Below, one piece after another: positions 48,991 to 58,025 of a stretch of DNA of 64,000 nt. Each line of letters opens with the position of its first letter. The stretch's first letter is position 1. The notes under the pieces were generated by a model. That model was not told the origin of the DNA, did no database searches, and was given only the letters and a program-made list of their open reading frames with translations. Source of the stretch: an uncultured Syntrophomonadaceae bacterium (GTDB taxonomy: Bacteria; Bacillota; Dethiobacteria; DTU022); the NCBI GenBank assembly GCA_964436815.1, contig CAYTER010000001.1, forward strand, positions 11,630 through 75,629. The letters are read 5' to 3'. A program made the translations under genes and the position numbers.

Positions 48991-49222
48991 ACTGTTAAAC
49001 GTTATGCTCCTTCTTTTTCTGATTGTCTGTGCGATCGGGGTGGCATACATCCGCGATTTGCTGAGTGCTGTAATCTTATTTTCTGCTTTTGGACTGATTA
49101 TGGCAATCATCTGGCAGCAGCTCAGCGCACCGGATGTCGCCATGGTTGAAGCGGCTCTCGGAACAGGTGTGGCCGCACTTTTAATGATTGCGGCGATCAG
49201 CAAGACCAAACGGGCGGAATAA
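48980..49222 (+). CDS. DUF4040-type small membrane subunit (MbhD / MrpB N-terminal-like)
   Basis: 80 aa with two or three TM helices. Its position and size match MbhD-type subunits of Mbh-like Mrp modules. Confidence 0.45.
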   Translation: MISELLNVMLLLFLIVCAIGVAYIRDLLSAVILFSAFGLIMAIIWQQLSAPDVAMVEAALGTGVAALLMIAAISKTKRAE

Positions 49223-49246
49223 GCCTTTTATCAAGGAGGATACCGG

Positions 49247-49585
49247 GTGTCTGTTATTCTGATTGCATTTTTGGCCTTTCTGGCTATCTTCCTGCGTTTT
49301 GTGATCGGGGTAGAGCTAAGAAGCATTCTCACTTTTTATCTATTAGGTTTGATCATCTATTTCTTTAGCTTTACTGTGGCCGAGATGCCTCTTTTTGGCT
49401 CAATTGAAAGCCCCGCGTTTAATGAAGTGCCCAGGCGCTATCTTGAGTCCGGGGTGGTTGAAACAGGAGCACTCAACATCGTGAGCAGTATAATTACTGA
49501 CTATCGTGCGTTTGATACTCTGGGTGAGGCTACAGTTCTCTTTGCGGCAATTGCCGCGGTGATTGCCACCTTGAAGTCGCACTAA
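49247..49585 (+). CDS. MnhB-domain subunit (first part of a split MrpB; MbhE-like)
   Basis: 112 aa. Conserved NIVSSIITDYRAFDTLGEATV motif of the MnhB family. Confidence 0.55.
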   Translation: MSVILIAFLAFLAIFLRFVIGVELRSILTFYLLGLIIYFFSFTVAEMPLFGSIESPAFNEVPRRYLESGVVETGALNIVSSIITDYRAFDTLGEATVLFAAIAAVIATLKSH

Positions 49586-50063
49586 GAATGAAGGGAGCCG
49601 GGTAACGATCGAAGATCAAATTGTCCGGATAACCAGCCGCCTGGTTGCTCCATTTATCCAGCTCTACGGCATCTACATCATTGTTAACGGCCACCTTACT
49701 CCCGGGGGTGGTTTTTCCGGTGGTGCAATTTTTGGCGCCAGCCTGGTACTTGTGGCTATCTCATTCAATTTGGAGGCAGGGGCGAAGCAGATTTCGCACA
49801 ACACTGCCTCGCTGTTGGAAAGTGGTGGCGCTCTCGGTTTTACTTTAACCGGTCTGGCCGCACTCTTCCTGGGCGGCAATTATCTGGCCAACCGGGCTGC
49901 CGGATTTCCTCTCGGACAAGCCGGGGAGCTTTTCAGCGCCGGCGCAATCTGGATTATTACTGTTTTTATCGGCATTAAAGTCGCCAGCACCATTACCACC
50001 CTTTTTTACCACATTATCGAGAAGGAGCAGGCTGTTGGAGATACTAAGCGGACTGATCAATAA
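49575..50063 (+). CDS. MnhB-domain subunit (second part of split MrpB; MbhF-like) with a non-canonical or unresolved start
   Basis: The frame is open from 49575. It holds the MnhB hallmark GHLTPGGGFSGG. The first canonical start (GTG 49752) lies downstream of that motif. Confidence 0.45.
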   Translation, partial: SRTKNEGSRVTIEDQIVRITSRLVAPFIQLYGIYIIVNGHLTPGGGFSGGAIFGASLVLVAISFNLEAGAKQISHNTASLLESGGALGFTLTGLAALFLGGNYLANRAAGFPLGQAGELFSAGAIWIITVFIGIKVASTITTLFYHIIEKEQAVGDTKRTDQ

Positions 50064-50403
50064 TTACTACTACCTGGTGGCGGTAATCCTTTTTGTAATC
50101 GGAACGCACACCATGCTTACTCATGCAAACATGATTAAGAAAGTCATAGCCATGAATATCATGGATACTTCGGTATTCCTGCTTTTTGTGGCAATTGGCT
50201 ATGTGCGGGGTGGGCAGCCGCCGATCATCAGTTCCGGCAGTGATACCCTCTATATCAATCCTCTTCCGGGTGCTTTGATTCTAACCGGGATAGTTGTGGC
50301 GGTCAGTGTCACAGCCTATGCACTCAGTCTTATAGTTAAAATACACCGCTATTATGGAACGGTCGATTATGATGAAATCTGTGAACTCAGGGGCGATGAG
50401 TAG
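50035..50403 (+). CDS. mrpC: Mrp antiporter subunit C (NuoK-like)
   Basis: 122 aa with three TM helices, NuoK/MnhC family. Confidence 0.75.
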   Translation: MEILSGLINNYYYLVAVILFVIGTHTMLTHANMIKKVIAMNIMDTSVFLLFVAIGYVRGGQPPIISSGSDTLYINPLPGALILTGIVVAVSVTAYALSLIVKIHRYYGTVDYDEICELRGDE

Positions 50404-51881
50404 TGGGCATGGTTGAGCATATACCGGCGTTGATTGTGGTTATACTGCTGATCTGCGCCTTTCTCTCCCCGCTTCTTCACCGTCGCTTTGAGAAAGCAAG
50501 CGGTTTATTTGTTGTCCTTTGCCTGTCATTTTCACTGGTCCTGTCCCTAATTTTACTGTCACTCGTACAGCGGGAAGGGCCTCAATTCTACCGGATGGGC
50601 AGCTGGCCCCCTCCCTGGGGCATTGAATATACTGCCGATCCGCTCCGGGTTTACATGCTGCTGGTAGTTGTTGTCGTCAGCCTCTGGATTTTTGTCTATG
50701 CCTTAAAAGATTTAAAACATGAATTGCGCGACCAGGTAATCGGTTGGTATTATACTCTTTTTGCCCTCCTGGTTGCTTCCATGGCGGCCATGACCATGAC
50801 TAACGACCTTTTTAACCTTTTTGTTTTAATGGAAATCTGCGCTATTACATCATGTGCGATCATTACGATCAAGGAAGATCGCGAATGCCTTGAAGCGGGT
50901 TTTAAATACCTGATTTTAAGCGCCATGGGGACCGGTTGTTTTCTGCTCGGTGTAGCATTGCTCTATATGGTCACCGGGCATCTTAATTTCGGTTTTCTGC
51001 AGCAGGAGTTATCAACTGCCGTCACCCATTACCCGCTTAATGTCTTTACGGCAGCTGCTTTGTTCATTGTTGCTTTCGGCACCAAGGCTGCCCTCTTCCC
51101 GTTACACGTGTGGCTTCCAGATGCCCATGCGTCAGCCCCATCGCCTTCGAGTGCCATGTTGTCAGGCCTGGTTATTAAGATTTATGCTTTCGCCCTTTTT
51201 ATTATTTTTTACCGCGTTTTTCCCCGCTCACTGCTTGACAGCCTGCCGCTTAGCGAGATCGTGCTCTGGCTGGCCGCCCTGGGAGTTATGTTCGGTTCAA
51301 TCTATGCCATGCTGCAAAAGGATTTAAAGAAGATGCTGGCTTACTCCAGTATTGGTCAGATTGCCTTTATTTTTATGGGCATCGGCCTGGATCAGCGTCT
51401 TGCTTTGGTCGGGGGTCTTTATCACATCGCCGTTCATGCAGTGACCAAGGCGATGCTTTTTATGGCCGCCGGAGCCATAATCTATGCAACCGGAGTCCGG
51501 AGAATCAGTGACCTGACAGGTATTGGCCGGGTTATGCCCCTTGTTCTGGTTGCATTCACCATCGGCAGCGCTTCGATGATCGGTATTCCGGGCACAGGGG
51601 GATTGATCAGCAAATGGTATCTGGCTTTGGGCGCCCTGGAAGTCGGACGATCTCTCTTCGTGTTGGTTATTTTGCTGAGCAGCCTCCTCAATGCCATCTA
51701 TTACATGCCAATCGTGATTAATGCTTTTATGAGCCAGGATGATTTTAGTCACGAGGTAAAGAAAGTGCCTGCTGTTATGCAGGCAGCACTGGTTGCCGGT
51801 ATGATTTTCGTTGTTGTCACCGGAATTTTTTCCCGGCCGCTGATTTTACTGTTGGAGGATGCCATCAGCTTCTTTTTCTAA
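50403..51881 (+). CDS. NuoL/M/N-type proton-translocating antiporter subunit (MrpD-like)
   Basis: 492 aa. Proton_antipo_M core (WLPDAHASAPSP...). Confidence 0.8.
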   Translation: MGMVEHIPALIVVILLICAFLSPLLHRRFEKASGLFVVLCLSFSLVLSLILLSLVQREGPQFYRMGSWPPPWGIEYTADPLRVYMLLVVVVVSLWIFVYALKDLKHELRDQVIGWYYTLFALLVASMAAMTMTNDLFNLFVLMEICAITSCAIITIKEDRECLEAGFKYLILSAMGTGCFLLGVALLYMVTGHLNFGFLQQELSTAVTHYPLNVFTAAALFIVAFGTKAALFPLHVWLPDAHASAPSPSSAMLSGLVIKIYAFALFIIFYRVFPRSLLDSLPLSEIVLWLAALGVMFGSIYAMLQKDLKKMLAYSSIGQIAFIFMGIGLDQRLALVGGLYHIAVHAVTKAMLFMAAGAIIYATGVRRISDLTGIGRVMPLVLVAFTIGSASMIGIPGTGGLISKWYLALGALEVGRSLFVLVILLSSLLNAIYYMPIVINAFMSQDDFSHEVKKVPAVMQAALVAGMIFVVVTGIFSRPLILLLEDAISFFF

Positions 51882-51957
51882 TCCCGGGTTAATTGAGGAC
51901 GCGGTTGAATTATTAAGGCAACAAACCTATAATAAACTATAATGCAAACCGGCGGGG

Positions 51958-53493
51958 GTGACTTTTTTGGCCGTAAATACGGTTGTAACGATCCAGATTA
52001 TCATTGTCCTGGCTCCGATAATTATGACTCCGGTCATCATGTACAGTGACCGTGTATCAGATAAATTGCGCAACAGTCTCTCAGTTGTAACAGCGGCTTT
52101 AGCTTTTATCCTGACCCTGACCCTCTATCCCTTCATCAGAGACGGTGGCGTGGTTCAGCGTTCCCTTTTTGAAATTCTGCCGAACCTTGAAATATCAATT
52201 CGCCTCGACCTGTTGAGCTTTGCGCTGGCCGCCCTGGCTTCCTTTATCTGGTTTTTAGCGACGCTCTATTCACTTGATTATATGGCGAAAGAGCATGCCG
52301 GTGGACGTTATTACCCGGTCCTGATTTTTACCCTCGGCAGTTGTCAGGGTATATTTTTTGCCGGCGATCTATTCAGCCTCTTTGTTTTCTTTGAACTGAT
52401 GTCGATCATTGCTTACATCCTGGTCATCCACGAGCAAACCGAAGAAGCGCTTAAAGCCGGATATAAATATTTGGTGATGACCATTATCGGCGGTTTAGCC
52501 CTGTTCTTCGGGATGATCATTATTTTTGAACTGGGCGGCACCGTGTCGCTCGGAGTGGGGCCGATTATCCAGGAAAGATCCGTGCTGGCCCTGATTGCTT
52601 TCATCTGTTTCCTGATCGGCTTTGGGATGAAAGCCGGCATGTTTCCCCTTCACGTCTGGTTGCCTGACGCCCATCCTGTCGCTCCTTCACCGGCCAGCGC
52701 CCTGCTCTCGGGGGTAATGCTGAAGACTGGCGCTTACGGCCTGATCAGGGTTATTTTTTTCGTCTACTCATTTGATTTGCTAAAAAGCAGCAACTGGGAT
52801 GATATCCTTGCGGTTCTGGCTGTAATCACCATCCTGCTGGGTTCTGCCGTGGCGCTGACCCAGACAGATATAAAACGGCGGTTAGCTTACTCCAGCATCA
52901 GTCAGCTGGGTTATGTTCTGCTTGGCCTTAGTATCATCAATAATAATGCGATCACCGGAGCGATATTCCATATCTTCAGTCACGCTTTCATGAAAAGCGC
53001 CCTCTTCCTTGCAGCCGGAGCGATAATCTGGAAAACCGGCAAACGTAACATTGCTGATCTGAAGGGGATCGGCAGACAGATGCCGGTAACCATGGGCTGT
53101 TTCTCTCTGGCCGCTTTGGCGATGATCGGCATTCCGCCTTTGAACGGTTTTCTTAGCAAATGGACCCTGGCTTTAGGAGCTCTTGATGCCGGGATGCCCG
53201 GCTTTGTATTGGTTCTTCTAATCAGCAGTCTGCTTAATGCTCTCTACTACCTGCCGATTATTATTCCGGCTTTTTTTGAACTGCCGGGCGAACATTCAGC
53301 AGAACATAATAACCATGATCCACACGAACATTATGACCCACCGGTAAAAATCGAAGAGGCCACTCCCGTGATGCTGTCGGCCGTAGTTATTTTGGCTCTT
53401 TGCACCATCTTTTTTGGCTTAACTCCCAATAACATCGCTTTTGGCTTATCGCGTCTCACTGCCGTTTTTCTGTTGGGAGGAGGGACCTTCTAG
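51958..53493 (+). CDS. NuoL/M/N-type antiporter subunit (second MrpD-like)
   Basis: 511 aa. WLPDAHPVAPSPASALLSG motif. Paralogous to the neighbouring subunits. Confidence 0.8.
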   Translation: MTFLAVNTVVTIQIIIVLAPIIMTPVIMYSDRVSDKLRNSLSVVTAALAFILTLTLYPFIRDGGVVQRSLFEILPNLEISIRLDLLSFALAALASFIWFLATLYSLDYMAKEHAGGRYYPVLIFTLGSCQGIFFAGDLFSLFVFFELMSIIAYILVIHEQTEEALKAGYKYLVMTIIGGLALFFGMIIIFELGGTVSLGVGPIIQERSVLALIAFICFLIGFGMKAGMFPLHVWLPDAHPVAPSPASALLSGVMLKTGAYGLIRVIFFVYSFDLLKSSNWDDILAVLAVITILLGSAVALTQTDIKRRLAYSSISQLGYVLLGLSIINNNAITGAIFHIFSHAFMKSALFLAAGAIIWKTGKRNIADLKGIGRQMPVTMGCFSLAALAMIGIPPLNGFLSKWTLALGALDAGMPGFVLVLLISSLLNALYYLPIIIPAFFELPGEHSAEHNNHDPHEHYDPPVKIEEATPVMLSAVVILALCTIFFGLTPNNIAFGLSRLTAVFLLGGGTF

Positions 53494-55770
53494 TTGTTTG
53501 CCGCAGCCCCGGAGCACTTGCCTGAAGCATACCAGCTTTATTATTCCGGCATACCCCTGTGGATTACTGTGGTGCCTATGCTGGCCGGGATCGGCATTTA
53601 CTTTATTAAAGACAGCTGGGAGAAAATTAGGAAAGCGATTTCTCTGCTCGTGTCAATATTCTCCCTTGTTGGCGTTGTGCTGCTTTTTCCTTTGGTGTTG
53701 AGTGGTACAGTTTGCTTTGATCTGCTAAATTTTATGCAGCTCGGCCTTTTTTTTGAGGTTGACCTGATCGGCTGGATATTTGCCCTGCTGATCACCCTGG
53801 TCTGGTTACTGGCGACAATTTTCTCTCTTACCTACATGGATTTTGAACATAATCGCCGTCGCTACTATAGTATTTTAATCTTCACCCTGGGGGCAACTCT
53901 CGGTGTCGTCCTCGCCGGAGATTTCTTCACCCTCTTTTTATTTTTTGAGCTAATGACATTAAGTTCATTTATTCTGGTAATTCACGAGCAGGATTTCCAG
54001 GCGATGCGGGCGGGTATTCTTTATCTCTATCTTGGCATAGCCGGTGGTCTGGCGTTATTATTTGCCATTATGCTTCTTTTTGCTGCGACCGGTTCAGTTG
54101 ATATTACTCCGGTTTTGGATCAACTGGTTGTCAACCGGTCTCTGATTTATGTCCTTTTCTTAATCGGGTTCGGCATAAAAGCCGGTTTAGTACCGCTTCA
54201 TATCTGGCTGCCCCTGGCTCATCCGGTGGCGCCTTCACCGGCCAGTGCCCTGCTCTCCGGGATTATGATTAAAACCGGTGCTTACGGGATCCTCAGGGTG
54301 TCGCTGATTCTGTTTTCCTCTCCGGCGGAAACCGGCGCACCTGATGCAAATTATCTTTTTACGACCGGCAATGCCCTGATGTGGGTCGGTATTGTCACCA
54401 TGCTTGCCGGGGCGGTTATGGCTTTGCTGCAGGATAATATGAAGCGTATTCTGGCTTACAGCAGTGTAAGTCAGATCGGTTATATTGCCACCGGCCTTGG
54501 CGCAGCTATGTTAATGGGGATCGGCGGAGCGATGGGCTTCGCCGGTGCCATATACCATATTATCAACCATGCTTTTTTTAAAGCCGGACTTTTTATGATG
54601 GTGGGTACAATTTATATTTACACCCATGAATTGGAGCTTTCGCGTCTGGGCGGCATGCTGAAAAAGATGCCCCTGGTCGCGGTAACCTTTGTGGTGGCGG
54701 CTTTCGGTATCGCCGGTATGCCCGGTTTTAACGGCTATCCAAGCAAAACACTGATTCATGATGCCCTTTTGATTGCTATTAAATATAATGAAATGATCAG
54801 TCTCGAAATAGCTGAAAAAATATTTACCCTGACCAGCGCCCTGACAATCTGCTATTTCATTAAGCTATTCAAAGGTATTTTCCTGGGGCCTGTTCCGGAA
54901 AAGCTGGATCGCCATTATCGGCTAACCCCTTCAATCATAGCGGTGCTCAGCTCCTTTTCAATGATCATAATTGCCATCGGGCTTTTTCCAAATCTGATCC
55001 TGGAAAGGATCATTGTACCGGCTGCTGAAATGTTAAAATATGAAGGCTATGCCATGGACCACCTTTATCATTTCTACTTTTTTGAATGGCACCCCCTGGA
55101 GGCGATGGTGATCGTCGGCGTACTGGCGATGATCATCTATATTCCCGGTTACTACCGTCGTTGGTTTGACTGGAAGCCACCGGAATGGCTCAGTATTTAC
55201 TATCTTGTTTACCAGCCGATCACCCACTACCTGATGGTCCTGACCTGCCGGACCGGTGTATTTGTCGACTCATCTATCGATAAAGCCTATGATCGAACCG
55301 GAGGTGTAGCCCGCAGCTGGTGTAATTTTGTCGGTGATTTTGATCAGGGTCTGGATCGGTTTTACCGCAAGTGGGGGGATGTAGGGCTTAAAATGGCTGA
55401 TCGTTCCCGTGATATGGATCAAAAAATCGATCAGTTCTATCAGAAATCCGGGGAGGCTGCTCGCAAAATTGCTGATAAATCGGCGGATATGGACAGCGCT
55501 CTCGATAAAGCTTACCTCGAAACCGGTCGGGCAGCTCAAAAACTGGCGAAACAATCTACTGATATCGATCGTGCTCTCAATGTAGTCTATGACCAGGCCG
55601 GACAGAAAGCACGAAAAGAGATGGAAAGAAGATTTGAAGCCAAGAAAGACAAGGAACGCAGTACGGAACAGGTTAAATGGACCACAAAAAATTTAAGTTT
55701 TGATAACCTGCTATTGGTTATTGTTCTCGGTGTGGTCCTGTTTATAATTTTCTATTTTGGACGTTCCTGA
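53494..55770 (+). CDS. NuoL/MrpA-like antiporter subunit with a long C-terminal amphipathic helix and terminal TM anchor
   Basis: 758 aa. N-terminal about 500-aa antiporter core (WLPLAHPVAPSPASALLSG). C-terminal about 170-aa charged repeat-helix ending in one TM helix. Confidence 0.75.
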   Translation: MFAAAPEHLPEAYQLYYSGIPLWITVVPMLAGIGIYFIKDSWEKIRKAISLLVSIFSLVGVVLLFPLVLSGTVCFDLLNFMQLGLFFEVDLIGWIFALLITLVWLLATIFSLTYMDFEHNRRRYYSILIFTLGATLGVVLAGDFFTLFLFFELMTLSSFILVIHEQDFQAMRAGILYLYLGIAGGLALLFAIMLLFAATGSVDITPVLDQLVVNRSLIYVLFLIGFGIKAGLVPLHIWLPLAHPVAPSPASALLSGIMIKTGAYGILRVSLILFSSPAETGAPDANYLFTTGNALMWVGIVTMLAGAVMALLQDNMKRILAYSSVSQIGYIATGLGAAMLMGIGGAMGFAGAIYHIINHAFFKAGLFMMVGTIYIYTHELELSRLGGMLKKMPLVAVTFVVAAFGIAGMPGFNGYPSKTLIHDALLIAIKYNEMISLEIAEKIFTLTSALTICYFIKLFKGIFLGPVPEKLDRHYRLTPSIIAVLSSFSMIIIAIGLFPNLILERIIVPAAEMLKYEGYAMDHLYHFYFFEWHPLEAMVIVGVLAMIIYIPGYYRRWFDWKPPEWLSIYYLVYQPITHYLMVLTCRTGVFVDSSIDKAYDRTGGVARSWCNFVGDFDQGLDRFYRKWGDVGLKMADRSRDMDQKIDQFYQKSGEAARKIADKSADMDSALDKAYLETGRAAQKLAKQSTDIDRALNVVYDQAGQKARKEMERRFEAKKDKERSTEQVKWTTKNLSFDNLLLVIVLGVVLFIIFYFGRS

Positions 55771-55780
55771 GGAATAACAG

Positions 55781-56848
55781 TTGAATAAAAAGCGGCGTCT
55801 AGCCCTGGCCGGATCAAGGCAGAAAGCAGTAAGTTATCTTACTAAGTACCGTCTTTATCTTATCGCTCTGGCGGCAGTTATGGTTATAATGCTGATCTTA
55901 AGCTTCAGGAATGCTGAAGATCAGCGGGTCTATTACCTGACAACCATGGACACCATGATCGAGCTGAATTTTACAGTTCCCGATGGCAGCAGTCCCGAGC
56001 AAATCAGGGATGCCGTTTTTTATGAGATTGAGCGCCTTGAAAAATTACTGAGCAGGACGGAAAGAGCCAGTGACATATACAGGGTTAATAGTTTCGCAGG
56101 TTTGGAACCGGTAAAAGTCAGCCGGGAAACCCTGTTCCTGGCTGCTTTAGCATTACAGTATGCAGAAATCAGTGCAGGAGCCTTTGACCCGACTATCGGG
56201 CCGTTTATTGATAGCTGGGGGTTTCTCGATCAGGAATTCAGATTGCCGCCGGAAGAAGAAATCCGGCAGCTCCTGCCATTGATCAATTACCGGAAAATAA
56301 TAATTGATCATTCAGATGCGACTATTTTTTTACCGGATAAGGGCATGGTTCTGGAACTTGGCGGCATTGCCAAGGGCTATATTGTAGACCGGGCGGCTGC
56401 TGTTTTAAAAAGTTTAAATGTTAAAAGGGCTTTTATCAATGCCGGCGGTGATATTGCCTTGATCGGCAGTAGACCGGACGGTCAGGGCTGGAAAATCGGT
56501 GTCCGCCACCCCCGGGATGATAAATCTATAATTGCAGCCCTCTCAGTGTCCGATTCGGCAGTGGTCACTTCCGGTGACTATCAGCGTTATTTTGAAAAGG
56601 ATGGCGTTTCTTACCATCATATTATTGATCCGCAAAGCGGCAGACCGGCTGGAAAATTAGCCAGTGTGACGATTGTAGCTTCAACTGCTGCTGAAGCTGA
56701 TGCGCTTTCAACGGCAGTATTTGTCCTCGGTCCGGTCACAGGTCTGGCTTTGATTGAAAAGATTAGGGGAGTGGAAGGTGTTTTGGTTACCCCGGAGCTT
56801 GAGATTATCAGTTCAAGCGGCCTGGAAAATATTTTGGAACTTAAATAG
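55781..56848 (+). CDS. apbE: FAD:protein FMN transferase (ApbE family)
   Basis: 355 aa. N-terminal membrane anchor and ApbE fold (GGIAKGY, SGDYQRY...HHIIDP). Confidence 0.85.
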   Translation: MNKKRRLALAGSRQKAVSYLTKYRLYLIALAAVMVIMLILSFRNAEDQRVYYLTTMDTMIELNFTVPDGSSPEQIRDAVFYEIERLEKLLSRTERASDIYRVNSFAGLEPVKVSRETLFLAALALQYAEISAGAFDPTIGPFIDSWGFLDQEFRLPPEEEIRQLLPLINYRKIIIDHSDATIFLPDKGMVLELGGIAKGYIVDRAAAVLKSLNVKRAFINAGGDIALIGSRPDGQGWKIGVRHPRDDKSIIAALSVSDSAVVTSGDYQRYFEKDGVSYHHIIDPQSGRPAGKLASVTIVASTAAEADALSTAVFVLGPVTGLALIEKIRGVEGVLVTPELEIISSSGLENILELK

Positions 56849-56862
56849 ACAGGAGTAAAATA

Positions 56863-57426
56863 ATGCAACAAAATCCCGTTCGTCTTAGAAGCCGCCTGAA
56901 TCATCTCACCTACCTGGCGGTCCTGATTACATTTGCCATTGTTATTCACACTGTTGAAGCCGCCCTGCCTCTGCCGATGCCGGTGCCGGGCGTAAAACTG
57001 GGCCTGGCTAATATAATCACCCTTTTAACCCTTACCCTGTTTGGCCTTCGTAGTGGCTTGCTGGTTACTGTTTTAAGAACTGTACTCGGCAGTCTCTTCA
57101 TCGGGGGGCTCTTTGGTTTTGGATTCTGGCTCAGTTTTACGGCTGGAATTACCAGCTGCCTGGTGATGGCTCTGTTGCTAATCCTTAAACGAAAAGCTTT
57201 GATCAGCCTGGTATCGGTCAGTGTCTTGGGCGCTGCTGTCCACAACCTGACCCAACTGACGGTTGCCTCGGCCATTATCTCTAATTTCTCGCTATTAAAA
57301 GGCTATTACCCACTGCTGCTGTTATTGTCCGTGCCAACCGGTATTTTTACCGGTCTGGCTGCTCATTACCTTGAAGGAATAACCAGGCGGATGATCCTGA
57401 AAGCTGAAACGGAGCCTGACCGATGA
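56863..57426 (+). CDS. Gx-transporter family membrane protein (heptaprenyl diphosphate synthase component I-like)
   Basis: 187 aa with five or six TM helices. Gene of the kind commonly associated with apbE/rnf loci. Confidence 0.55.
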   Translation: MQQNPVRLRSRLNHLTYLAVLITFAIVIHTVEAALPLPMPVPGVKLGLANIITLLTLTLFGLRSGLLVTVLRTVLGSLFIGGLFGFGFWLSFTAGITSCLVMALLLILKRKALISLVSVSVLGAAVHNLTQLTVASAIISNFSLLKGYYPLLLLLSVPTGIFTGLAAHYLEGITRRMILKAETEPDR

Positions 57427-58025
57427 AATTAATTCTTGCGTCGGCATCGCCGCGGCGGGCAGACCTGCTCAGACAGGCCGGCATTCCCTTTGCGGTAATT
57501 GAACCAACTGTTTCCGAACAGCTGGAAGAGAGGTTGTCGCCTGAAGAACTGGTTAGTGTGCTGGCTCGCCGAAAAGCAATGGATGTTGCCGGCCGGGTTG
57601 GAAGCGGTTATATCCTGGCTGCTGATACCATTGTTTTATACCGGGGTCTGATCCTCGGCAAACCTGCCGATGCCGAAGAAGCCGGGAGAATGCTTAAACT
57701 GATCAGTGGGGATCGGCATGAAGTTATTACCGGGTTGATTTTGCTTGATGCGGCAACCGGGCGCCTTGAAAGCGGAGTATCCTCGACCGGTGTCTGGTTA
57801 AAAGAACTCTCAAATATTGAAATATCCGCCTACCTGGCTACCGGTGAGCCTTTGGATAAAGCGGGGGCTTATGGGATTCAGGGTTTGGCAGCGCTCTTAG
57901 TGAAGCGGGTGGAAGGATGTTACTTCAACGTGGTTGGTTTGCCTTTAAATTTACTCTACGAATTAATGACCAATATGCAGCTTCCAATCTGGCTGAATGG
58001 AAAGGATAACAACCATGCAAAATGA
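57423..58025 (+). CDS. maf: Maf-like nucleoside triphosphate pyrophosphatase
   Basis: 200 aa. ILASASPRR N-terminal motif. Confidence 0.9.
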   Translation: MKLILASASPRRADLLRQAGIPFAVIEPTVSEQLEERLSPEELVSVLARRKAMDVAGRVGSGYILAADTIVLYRGLILGKPADAEEAGRMLKLISGDRHEVITGLILLDAATGRLESGVSSTGVWLKELSNIEISAYLATGEPLDKAGAYGIQGLAALLVKRVEGCYFNVVGLPLNLLYELMTNMQLPIWLNGKDNNHAK

